A stretch of 64,000 nucleotides of DNA from positions 69,256-133,255 of the IMG/VR virus record IMGVR_UViG_3300047444_000753; one strand, written 5' to 3'. Source of the stretch: a virus. Lineage: Duplodnaviria > Heunggongvirae > Uroviricota > Caudoviricetes. The translations under genes were made by a program, and so were the position numbers. The notes below the pieces were generated by a model. That model saw nothing but the letters and a program-made list of their open reading frames with translations. It had not been told where the DNA came from and made no database searches. How positions within the stretch are numbered: position 1 is the stretch's first letter; the number at the start of each line of letters is the position of its first letter. Shown here piece by piece: positions 43,146 through 51,643 of this stretch.

Positions 43146-43527
43146 AATCCTTATCTTCGCCGTCGCGGCGCACTTTGTCGGGGACTACCTCCTGCAGACC
43201 AACCACATGGCCCAAGAGAAGACGAGCCGATGGACCCCGGCGATCCTGCACGGGATCACCTACACCATCCCGTTCCTCTTCCTGACCTCCGCCCCGCTGG
43301 CGCTGTTCTTCATCTCGGCCACGCACATCCTCATCGACCGCTTCCGGTTGGTGAAGTACGTCATCTGGTTCAAGAACCAGCTGGCTCCCAAGCGTCACCG
43401 ACACCCCATGACGCCCACCGGCTACCACCCGGACACCCCGGACTGGCTGGCCATCGGCCTCATGATAGTCACCGACAACCTCATCCATATTTTGCTGAAC
43501 GCCTTCGCGCTCACACAACTCACCTAG
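43132..43527 (+). CDS. DUF3307-like membrane protein
   Basis: AHFVGDYLLQT...HGITY...HILID...DNLIH. Confidence 0.8.
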   Translation: MSTAEILIFAVAAHFVGDYLLQTNHMAQEKTSRWTPAILHGITYTIPFLFLTSAPLALFFISATHILIDRFRLVKYVIWFKNQLAPKRHRHPMTPTGYHPDTPDWLAIGLMIVTDNLIHILLNAFALTQLT

Positions 43528-43536
43528 GAAAGACAC

Positions 43537-43848
43537 ATGACAGAACTTCTCGAACTACTGGAGCCGCTGGAGGTCCCGACAGCGGAAATCCAGACGGTGA
43601 TCGACTGGATCAAATCCGAGCAGGTCCGCTCCATCCAGCAGGACCGCACCCTCAACCCCTACAAGGTCCAGAAACTGGACTGGCTCAGCGATACCGTGGA
43701 CAACCTCAAGGTGCTGCACGAGCGTGCCGAGGCCGACAAGCGTGAGGTCGAGAGCAAGAACAATTGGCGTAAGCGCCAAAATGAGGAGATCGCAAAACGC
43801 TCCGCGTGTGTCTGCGAGCACGGCTGCGCCTGCCAGAGGGGCAACTAA
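43537..43848 (+). CDS. hypothetical protein
   Basis: AGGA RBS. Confidence 0.75.
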   Translation: MTELLELLEPLEVPTAEIQTVIDWIKSEQVRSIQQDRTLNPYKVQKLDWLSDTVDNLKVLHERAEADKREVESKNNWRKRQNEEIAKRSACVCEHGCACQRGN

Positions 43849-43998
43849 ATGGAAGCCGCTCTCGGTGCCCTGCTGGGCCTACTGATCTTGGCCTTCGTCG
43901 CCATCGCCGTCGTGGCGGTCTACATCTTCGTGACCGTCCTCAACCGCCAGCGCAGGTTCCGCAAGGACTTCGACCGCCGCTGGAACAACCGCTTCTAA
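43849..43998 (+). CDS. small membrane protein
   Basis: TM plus basic tail. Confidence 0.65.
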   Translation: MEAALGALLGLLILAFVAIAVVAVYIFVTVLNRQRRFRKDFDRRWNNRF

Positions 43999-44023
43999 CT
44001 CTCAACCACTTTTAGGAAACACT

Positions 44024-44302
44024 ATGAAAATGTCCTTTGTCTGGCTTGTCTTTACCTGCATCAACGGCGTCAGCGCCGTACAAGACATCGTGAAGAACGA
44101 CTACAGCATCTGGTTCTACATCACCCTCATCACCTTTGCCCTGTCGATCTGGCTCTACTCCGACGCCCGCAAGACCGAGCGCCGTCAGGCCGAGGCCAAG
44201 CGCCAGCTCATCAACGTCTTCATCAACACCTCCGGCACGAGTGAAGATGATGTGGCGAAGCGTGCTGCGGAGGCGCTGAAGACCTATGGCCGGGACCTGT
44301 GA
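44024..44302 (+). CDS. membrane protein
   Basis: AGGA RBS; TM segments. Confidence 0.7.
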   Translation: MKMSFVWLVFTCINGVSAVQDIVKNDYSIWFYITLITFALSIWLYSDARKTERRQAEAKRQLINVFINTSGTSEDDVAKRAAEALKTYGRDL

Positions 44303-44514
44303 AGTACCCATTCAGCGCCGCCTTCGGGGCGGGGCTCGTTGCCCTGATCCTTGTCGGCTGCGGCTCCGCCTCCGGAGCCGGTGCTAGTGATTTCGACTCG
44401 GATAACTTCAACGAGATGCACAAGCATCTCTCCGATGGCAGGACAGTAACCTGCTTGGACAGTCTCAACGGCTACGGGAACTCCGTCTCGTGTGACTGGG
44501 AACACGCCAAATGA
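44299..44514 (+). CDS. lipoprotein
   Basis: Lipobox LVGC; DGRTVTC...VSCDW. Confidence 0.75.
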   Translation: MKYPFSAAFGAGLVALILVGCGSASGAGASDFDSDNFNEMHKHLSDGRTVTCLDSLNGYGNSVSCDWEHAK

Positions 44515-44888
44515 CGCGCATTCTCATCACCGGCTCCCGCGACTGGAGCAACCGTGAGCGCATCGACACTGCCCTCTACGTCTGGTGGCGTGACAACGGC
44601 AAGCCCACCGATGCAGTCCTTGTCTCGGGTGCCTGCCCCAGCGGTGCCGACGCCTGCGCAGAGGATGTCTGGGAATCACAGGGGTTCACGGTAGAGCGCC
44701 ATCCGGCAGACTGGGACCAACACGGACGCCGAGCGGGCTTCGTCCGCAACGCCGAGATGGTTGTCCTCGGTGCAGACATCTGTCTGGCCTTCATCAAGAA
44801 CAACTCCAAGGGCGCAACCATGACCGCGACCTTGGCCGAGAAGGCGGGCATCCCCGTCCACATCTTCAGGGAAGACGACAAGGGTTGA
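44511..44888 (+). CDS. SLOG superfamily YspA/DUF2493-like protein
   Basis: ILITGSRDW...SGACPSGAD...HPADW...[10 protein letters not shown]...SKGATMT. Confidence 0.85.
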   Translation: MTRILITGSRDWSNRERIDTALYVWWRDNGKPTDAVLVSGACPSGADACAEDVWESQGFTVERHPADWDQHGRRAGFVRNAEMVVLGADICLAFIKNNSKGATMTATLAEKAGIPVHIFREDDKG

Positions 44889-44918
44889 CAAAAACGCCTG
44901 ACTGGGTATCATTGAGAA

Positions 44919-45170
44919 ATGAAAACTTCAATGAATCTCAAAGGATCTGTCACCACTAGAAGAGGTACATACTTCTGGTCCGTCAAAGACGCCAACGGCA
45001 ACACCATGGCGTCGGGCGAGGAGTACCGACTCAAGCACGCATTTCAAGCCGCATACGATACGGTCTCCGCCGTCCGAGCATGGATCATGTTCGGACGCGG
45101 GGACCTTGTCGTTAAAACCAAGTTCCTTGAATGTGAATTCAAGCCCCGCAACCGCGTCGGCTCCATCTAG
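44919..45170 (+). CDS. hypothetical protein, probably leaderless
   Basis: TTGACA-N16-TATCAT then ATG; YFWSVKDANGNTMASG. Confidence 0.75.
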   Translation: MKTSMNLKGSVTTRRGTYFWSVKDANGNTMASGEEYRLKHAFQAAYDTVSAVRAWIMFGRGDLVVKTKFLECEFKPRNRVGSI

Positions 45171-45206
45171 CTGGACAATCTAAACATACAAGGATATACT
45201 TACATC

Positions 45207-46106
45207 ATGATCACCTTCAAAGCACGCACAGCATCCGGCGAGATTATCAAGTCCGCCCTCTCTCCCTTCACCTTCCCGGCAGGGGAGAAGCACCTCAAGC
45301 GCGAGGAACAGCGCGAGCTGGAACCCGTCGAGATCGCCATCATCCAGCCCGACCCCAACTCCCTGCATGACGACCTGTTCCAGCTGGCCATGTGGGCGTA
45401 CCGCCTGCTCGGGTCGGGCCACAAATCCGTCCTGCTCATTCCGTACCTCCCCGGTGCACGTGCCGACCGTGGGACCCCCTTCGGTGCCCGCGTCTACGCC
45501 CAGTTCATCGGCGAGATGTGGATTGACCAGATCATCTGCTACGACCCGCACTCCGGCACCATCGTTGAGGAGCTGAAGCTCTGGGTACATGATGAGGCAG
45601 TTGTCACTGTCCTCCGCCCCGAAGACATCCTCAACACCCAGAACTCCAAGCTCGTCATGCCCAACATCTACGACGGCATCATCGCCCCGGACAAGGGTGC
45701 CCACGACCGGGCTCACGGGGTTGCACAGGCCTTCGGGCTCCCGCTGTACACCGCCGAGAAGACCCGCGACTTCGAGACCGGCAAGCTTTCCGGCTTCAAC
45801 ATCGACCTGCCCGGTACCGGACATTTCCTGATAGTGGATGATATCTGCGACGGCGGCGGTACCTTCCTTGGATTGGCCGGAGTGGTTCCGAAGGCGGTCT
45901 ACCTTGACCTCTATGTCTCCCACGGCGTCTTCTCCAAGGACGCCCTGTACAACCTCAAGCAGGGATTCGTCAACATCTTCACGACCAACTCCTATGCCCC
46001 CACCCGCGTGCTGAATGATCACGGCGACTTCGGGGACCCGGATGCTGTTGACAAGTTCCACCGGATCGACATCATCCGTCCCATGCTGGACCGCATCTCG
46101 GTTTGA
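45207..46106 (+). CDS. ribose-phosphate pyrophosphokinase-family protein (probable Adps of NARP1)
   Basis: FTFPAGE, PYLPGARADR, DPHS, IIAPDKGA, KTRD, IVDDICDGGGTF, YVSHGVFS; leaderless after TGGACA-N17-TATACT. Confidence 0.85.
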   Translation: MITFKARTASGEIIKSALSPFTFPAGEKHLKREEQRELEPVEIAIIQPDPNSLHDDLFQLAMWAYRLLGSGHKSVLLIPYLPGARADRGTPFGARVYAQFIGEMWIDQIICYDPHSGTIVEELKLWVHDEAVVTVLRPEDILNTQNSKLVMPNIYDGIIAPDKGAHDRAHGVAQAFGLPLYTAEKTRDFETGKLSGFNIDLPGTGHFLIVDDICDGGGTFLGLAGVVPKAVYLDLYVSHGVFSKDALYNLKQGFVNIFTTNSYAPTRVLNDHGDFGDPDAVDKFHRIDIIRPMLDRISV

Positions 46107-46167
46107 CAAAACCAAGATACATAGATACCTTTATATCAACGACGTACCGACAACCAGAAAGAGACTA

Positions 46168-47700
46168 ATGCTTCTCATTAACCCGCTTCTCAATACAGAT
46201 TCTTACAAGTTGAGTCACCGAATCATGTACCCGGAGGGTCTGGAATTTGTCCAGTCCAACTACACCAACCGCAAGTCCCGCGTCGAGGGCATCAACCATG
46301 TCGTCCAGTTCGGACTGCAGGCGTGGCTGAAGGACCTGCAGGAAGACTACGAGCGCTTCTTCGCCGCCGACAAGGCCACCGTGGTTCAGGAATACAAGGA
46401 CGCCACATCCACCTTCGTCTCCCCCGGCTTCAGTCTTGAGATGGTCGAAGACCTCCACGACCTCGGCTACCTGCCCCTGCGCTTCTCCGCAGTCCCGGAA
46501 GGCACGCTCGTGCCGATCGGTGTCCCGTCCGTACTGATCGAGTCCACCCACAAGGACTTCGCATGGCTTGTCAACTACGTCGAGTCCGATCTCTCCGCTG
46601 GCATCTGGCACCCGTCCACTGTCGCGACCATTGCTTGGTCCCTGCGCCGGGTCTTCGAGAAGGCCGCTAAGGAAACGGGCGGAGCAATGGAGGCCGTTGA
46701 CTTCCAGCTGCACGACTTCTCCTACCGTGGACAGGTCAACCGCGAGGCCGCAATGTCTTCCGGTGCCGCGCACCTGCTTTCCTTCTACGGCTCCGACGCC
46801 GTCCCGGCTGTGCAGTGGGTCAACTACTACTACCCGGGTGAGGACAACGGCCTGATCGCCGCCTCCGTCCCTGCCACCGAGCACTCCGTCATGTGCGCCG
46901 GAGGCAAGGAGGACGAGATCGAGACCTTCCGCCGCCTGCTCAAGACCTTCCCGACCGGCATCCTGTCCATCGTGGCCGACACGTGGGACCTGTTCAAGGT
47001 CCTCACCGAATACTTGCCGCTCCTCAAGGACGAGATCATGGCCCGCGACGGCAAGCTCGTCATCCGCCCGGACTCCGGCGATCCGGTAGACATCATCTGC
47101 GGAACCTCGCAGTACTCCATTGCCACTAATGACGACAAGTTCAAGCACATCTTCTACCCTGACCAGACAACCCCGGAAGGGAAGGGGGCCATGGAACTTC
47201 TGTGGGACACCTTCGGTGGCACTGTCAACGAGGCGGGTTACCGGGAACTGGACCCCCACATCGGCCTGATCTATGGCGACGGCATGTTCAAGGCACGCAT
47301 CGAGGACATCAACTCCCGCCTGAAGGCCAAGGGCTTCACCTCCATCGTCTGGGTGGCTGGCATCGGCTCTTGGGCCTACCAGATGCTCACCCGAGATACC
47401 TTCGGCTCCGCTGTCAAGGCTACCTACGTCATCGTCAACGGCGAAGGCCGGAACATCTTCAAGGATCCGAAGACCGACGACGGCACCAAGAAGTCCGCCA
47501 CGGGCAAGTTGGCAGTCGGCTACACGGGTGACGGCACGCTGTACCGCATCGAAAAGGCCAACGAGGAGCAGATCGCCCGCAGCCTCATCCAGCCTGTCTG
47601 GGAGAACGGCAAGTTCCTGAAGGAATACGCCTACTCCGAGGTCCGCGCCAACCTCAAGCGCTGGACCGGAATCCTCGAACGGAATGGTGGAATCGCGTAA
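46168..47700 (+). CDS. nicotinamide phosphoribosyltransferase-family protein (probable Namat of NARP1)
   Basis: LNTDSYKLSH, LHDFSYRG, VPATEHSVM, SIVADTWD, VIRPDSGDP, LIYGDG, TRDTFGSAVKA, KDPKTDDGTKKSATG. Confidence 0.9.
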   Translation: MLLINPLLNTDSYKLSHRIMYPEGLEFVQSNYTNRKSRVEGINHVVQFGLQAWLKDLQEDYERFFAADKATVVQEYKDATSTFVSPGFSLEMVEDLHDLGYLPLRFSAVPEGTLVPIGVPSVLIESTHKDFAWLVNYVESDLSAGIWHPSTVATIAWSLRRVFEKAAKETGGAMEAVDFQLHDFSYRGQVNREAAMSSGAAHLLSFYGSDAVPAVQWVNYYYPGEDNGLIAASVPATEHSVMCAGGKEDEIETFRRLLKTFPTGILSIVADTWDLFKVLTEYLPLLKDEIMARDGKLVIRPDSGDPVDIICGTSQYSIATNDDKFKHIFYPDQTTPEGKGAMELLWDTFGGTVNEAGYRELDPHIGLIYGDGMFKARIEDINSRLKAKGFTSIVWVAGIGSWAYQMLTRDTFGSAVKATYVIVNGEGRNIFKDPKTDDGTKKSATGKLAVGYTGDGTLYRIEKANEEQIARSLIQPVWENGKFLKEYAYSEVRANLKRWTGILERNGGIA

Positions 47701-48500
47701 TGAATATCACAGGTAATGTCGTGCTCGCCGGGGACTGGCACGGAAACGCTCCACAGGCCCTGAATGTGATCGACTACGCTATCCGCGAGGATATCAAGAC
47801 CATCATTCAGGTGGGTGACTTCGGCATCTGGCAGGATGACAAGCCCTACCTGAACAAGATGCAGAAGCGTCTGGGGGATCACGACATCACCCTGTACTTC
47901 ATTGATGGGAACCACGAGGACTTCCCGCGCCTCTACGACAAGAGGATCCTAGAGGACGGCACCCGCAAGGTCCGCACCAACATCTTCCATCTGCCTCGCG
48001 GCTTCCGCTTCACGTGGGAGGGCTACACGGTCCTCGCGCTAGGCGGGGCCGCGTCCATCGACAAGCCCTTCCGGCGTGAGGGCAGGAGCTGGTGGCCGGA
48101 GGAGCTGATCACCGAGGAGGATGTACAAGCGTCCATCAAAGGCGGTAAGGTAGACATCCTCCTCTCCCACGACAGCCCGAACACGGCACCCAACTCGATC
48201 ACAGATGACCCCCACGGCCAGCGAAACGCTGCAAGATTTTTCGGCTCCGACATGGTGGAGATGTGTAACGACCACCGAAAACAACTTCAGCGCGTCACCG
48301 ACGCTGTCACCCCGCGTTTGATCTTCCACGGCCACTACCACATGGCCATGTCGGGACTCTTCCGACACGAGGACGCGGACAAGACCCCCGCCCGAGTCTA
48401 CGGACTCGATCAGGGCACCGGGAGCCTTCCAAGGCACACGGTCACCCTGAGGGCCGACTGGGTCGCTGAAGAGTTGTCAACCCTTGACAACATACATTAA
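47700..48500 (+). CDS. calcineurin-like metallophosphoesterase
   Basis: GDWHG, VGDFG, DGNHE, LSHDSP, HGHYH motifs. Confidence 0.9.
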   Translation: MNITGNVVLAGDWHGNAPQALNVIDYAIREDIKTIIQVGDFGIWQDDKPYLNKMQKRLGDHDITLYFIDGNHEDFPRLYDKRILEDGTRKVRTNIFHLPRGFRFTWEGYTVLALGGAASIDKPFRREGRSWWPEELITEEDVQASIKGGKVDILLSHDSPNTAPNSITDDPHGQRNAARFFGSDMVEMCNDHRKQLQRVTDAVTPRLIFHGHYHMAMSGLFRHEDADKTPARVYGLDQGTGSLPRHTVTLRADWVAEELSTLDNIH

Positions 48501-48518
48501 TCTGATATACTAAGGAGC

Positions 48519-49049
48519 ATGACTACTATGACTGAAAAATCCACTCTTCCGGAACTTTCCGAAGAGACCGTTGCTACACTGAAGCGACTCCGTGAGACCG
48601 ATCGTCCCACCTTCTACCAGCACGTGGCATCCCTGCGCAAGAATAAGTGGCCACTCCGCGCCATCTCCCAACCGCTCGGTGTCTCACGCTCGATCGTCCA
48701 GATCTGGGAGAACAAGGTCCCCGACACTTCCGCGCTGCCCCAAACGGAGCAGCTGCCCAAGGCCATCGATGATCAGGTGAAGCCGATCTACCTGCGCTAC
48801 GAGCTGACCGACGAGGAGTCCGTACGCCTGTACACCCTCGCCCGTGAAGCCTCCAAGGTGCGCCGGTTCACCGACACCGATTCCCCGGCCCGTGAAGCCG
48901 CCAAGGAGCTTGAGGACCTGCTCCACTACCACAAGGATCGCGGCGCGTCTTTGAACACGCTCAAGGTCGCCTGTGGGGTTTCCCGCCGAGCCATTGCCCA
49001 GCGTCTGGAAAAGCGTGACAAGCCAGAGGTGCAGGACAAGGCGTCTTGA
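48519..49049 (+). CDS. tandem helix-turn-helix DNA-binding protein
   Basis: WPLRAISQPLGVSRSIVQIW and ASLNTLKVACGVSRRAIAQRL; own promoter. Confidence 0.75.
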   Translation: MTTMTEKSTLPELSEETVATLKRLRETDRPTFYQHVASLRKNKWPLRAISQPLGVSRSIVQIWENKVPDTSALPQTEQLPKAIDDQVKPIYLRYELTDEESVRLYTLAREASKVRRFTDTDSPAREAAKELEDLLHYHKDRGASLNTLKVACGVSRRAIAQRLEKRDKPEVQDKAS

Positions 49050-49378
49050 GCTTCGACCTCCAGCCTGCAGAATACGTCTACCTTGACCTGTTCCCTGCCG
49101 ATGTCGTGGAGACCATTGACGATGTACCCCTAGGTGATGAGCTTAGGGTCGTCGTGACCGAGAACTATCTCTACGTGCTCCGGGACACCCCGGACGGCCC
49201 GGAGATGCTCTCCCAAGAGCCTCTGCGCGACTTCTCTGGCACGAACAAGACTGGCTACACCATCGAGACCGTATTCAACCGCTACTACGTCAAGCGTGCC
49301 CCGAACTGCGGGTGTGGTGCGGCCCTGCGCGGCATCACCCTGTTCCCCGGAGCCGTCTACGTTCGACCCACTTCCTAG
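49046..49378 (+). CDS. hypothetical protein
   Basis: TTGA overlap; NCGCGAALR motif. Confidence 0.75.
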   Translation: MSFDLQPAEYVYLDLFPADVVETIDDVPLGDELRVVVTENYLYVLRDTPDGPEMLSQEPLRDFSGTNKTGYTIETVFNRYYVKRAPNCGCGAALRGITLFPGAVYVRPTS

Positions 49379-49384
49379 GAACTC

Positions 49385-49585
49385 ATGCCCAGCCCCATAC
49401 CGAATCCGCTCTACGGAGACGTCAACAAGCCCGGAGGCACCACCCAAGTCGGCTGTGTCAACTGCCTCGCCGAAGGTGTCCATGCCCCACAGGAAATCAT
49501 CTACCACTACGGCGGATATTCGATGTGTATGAAGCACGTCCAGAACGCCCTCCAGAAGGCCCAGAATGCGTCCAATGCCTCTTAG
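49385..49585 (+). CDS. small zinc-finger-like protein
   Basis: CVNC...SMCMKH; AGGA RBS. Confidence 0.7.
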   Translation: MPSPIPNPLYGDVNKPGGTTQVGCVNCLAEGVHAPQEIIYHYGGYSMCMKHVQNALQKAQNASNAS

Positions 49586-49895
49586 CCCCACCGCAGCCCT
49601 TCTAGTCGATACAGCAGCCGTCTACCGCCTCACCAAGCTGGTTACAGAGGACTACCTCACCGAGGATCTGCGTAAACTGGTGCAGGAGAAGTTCCCCGCC
49701 GTAATGGACAAGCGCACACGGATGAAGCGTAAGCACAAAATCGTTTACTTCATCAATTGCCCATGGTGCGTTTCCATTTGGGCGGCAGGTTTTATCTTTG
49801 CACTACGGAAAATAAACCCGGAATTGGCAACATACCTATCGTCAATTCTTGCAGCATCAGCACTAACAGGGATCGCCGCAACTAAGGGTATATAG
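49566..49895 (+). CDS. DUF1360-like membrane protein
   Basis: AVYRLTKLVTEDYLT...INCPWCVSIWAA. Confidence 0.8.
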   Translation: MRPMPLSPTAALLVDTAAVYRLTKLVTEDYLTEDLRKLVQEKFPAVMDKRTRMKRKHKIVYFINCPWCVSIWAAGFIFALRKINPELATYLSSILAASALTGIAATKGI

Positions 49896-49942
49896 AATGA
49901 TAGAATTGTCTACAGACGTTTTTTCTGATAGCGGAGTAGACA

Positions 49943-51640
49943 ATGCCTTTTTTCACACGCGCCAACGAGCCTTCGCCTGAAGAGAACAATCCTTTTGGTG
50001 CCGCACCCTACAACACCCCGCGACCGCTGACTGCCAGCGCCGCCCGTGTTGACCTCAAGAGCGGCAAAGAGCTCGAAGCCGTGGCCAGACGACGTCAGGT
50101 GGGGAGGTGGCAGACCGATGCATGGGAATACTATGACCTCATCGGAGAACTCAAGTTCGCTGCCACCATCCTCGCCAACGTCCTCTCCCGTGTCAACATT
50201 TACCCTGCATACATTGCAGACTCCTCGCAGGTTCCCGCCCGCGTAGCCGTCATCGACCACCTCGATGACGACTTCAAGGAGAAGGCTTCCTCCCTCCTGT
50301 ACCTGCTTGAGACCGGAAACGGCGGGACTGCAGGCCTGCTCCGCTCCGCTGCCCTGAACCTCTTCGTCGCCGGAGAGTGCTACCTTGTGCGCGAGCCCGC
50401 CAAGTGGTCCACCGGGGAACCGGAGAAGTACCAGATCCGCTCGATCGATGAGATCGTGGCCACCCCCTCTCAGCGCAAGAAGGCTCGCGGCAACGCCGCC
50501 CCCAAGAGCGGATGGTCTATCAAGCCCAGCCGTGACGCCACACAGGACGAGTACATCGAGATTCCGGAGAACGGCTACATCGCCCGTCTCTGGCGTCCGC
50601 ACCCCCGCTTCTCCGATGAGGCGGAATCCTCGGTCAAGGGCGTGCTGGATCTTTGTGATGAACTATTGCTTCTGGCCCGCACGGCTTCTGCCGCTGCCAA
50701 GTCCCGCCTGAGCTCCGGCGTATTCTTCGTACCGGATGGTCTTTCCTACGCAGCTGGCTCCGACGCCGACATGACCGATCCCGATGATCCGAACGCAGTC
50801 TCCACCGATGATCAGGATGATTTCGAGGAACAGCTCATCGACGCCATGGTCACACCGATCTCGGACCCATCCAGCGCCTCCGCCGTCGTGCCTCTCTTGG
50901 TCCGTGGCCCGGAGGAACTGGGCGCAAAGATGTTGCACCTCAGCTTCGCCCGCTCGTGGGACGTCAACCTCGCTAAGCACATGGACACGGTCCTGAACCG
51001 TATCATCTCCGGCATCGATCTGCCTAAGGAAATCGTCGGCGGTATGGCGAACCTCAAGGGTGCCAACGCCAAGATCGTTGAAGAGACCATGTACTCCTCT
51101 CACATCGAGCCGATGATCCTCATGCTTTGTGACATGCTCACCGTCGCCTTCCTGCGTCCGGCTCTGCGTGCCATGGGCTTCGAGGAGCAGCACATCATGC
51201 GTACGGTCATCTGGTATGACCCGTCCGCTGTCACGGCCAAGCCGTCCAAGTCTGAATCCGCCACCCTTGGATTTGACAAGCAGATCATTTCTGCGGATGC
51301 TTGGCGTCGTGCCCACGGCTTCTCGATCTCGGATGCACCGACCCAGCTGGAAATCGCACAGCGTCTCGCGGTCGCCAAGGGCCTCATCTCCGAGCCGCTT
51401 GCCGAAAAGCTCATCTCCACCCTGATCCCGGACCTGATGGCCGATCTCCGCAAGGAACAGCTCCAGCAGTCCGATCCAAACTCCGCAGCGGCGCTGAACG
51501 ACGCTCTGAGTGGTGATACACCACCCGTTCCGGACGCCTCTCCAGCCGGTGACACGCCTGCCGAACCGGCAGCCGATGCCCCCGCATCTGGTACAATAGA
51601 CACTAGTACACCGCCTCCTTCAACGCTACTGGAGCCATAA
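49943..51640 (+). CDS. portal protein
   Basis: WQTDAWEYYDLIGELKFAATILANVLSRVNIY, LWRPHPRFSDEAESSV, GIDLPKEIV; size and position at start of head genes. Confidence 0.85.
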   Translation: MPFFTRANEPSPEENNPFGAAPYNTPRPLTASAARVDLKSGKELEAVARRRQVGRWQTDAWEYYDLIGELKFAATILANVLSRVNIYPAYIADSSQVPARVAVIDHLDDDFKEKASSLLYLLETGNGGTAGLLRSAALNLFVAGECYLVREPAKWSTGEPEKYQIRSIDEIVATPSQRKKARGNAAPKSGWSIKPSRDATQDEYIEIPENGYIARLWRPHPRFSDEAESSVKGVLDLCDELLLLARTASAAAKSRLSSGVFFVPDGLSYAAGSDADMTDPDDPNAVSTDDQDDFEEQLIDAMVTPISDPSSASAVVPLLVRGPEELGAKMLHLSFARSWDVNLAKHMDTVLNRIISGIDLPKEIVGGMANLKGANAKIVEETMYSSHIEPMILMLCDMLTVAFLRPALRAMGFEEQHIMRTVIWYDPSAVTAKPSKSESATLGFDKQIISADAWRRAHGFSISDAPTQLEIAQRLAVAKGLISEPLAEKLISTLIPDLMADLRKEQLQQSDPNSAAALNDALSGDTPPVPDASPAGDTPAEPAADAPASGTIDTSTPPPSTLLEP

Positions 51641-51643
51641 AAT

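Noticed and set aside
45207-47700. Treating the Prs-like/Nampt-like pair as a new system
   Set aside because: The arrangement matches the described NARP1 pathway; only the accessory genes are potentially new.
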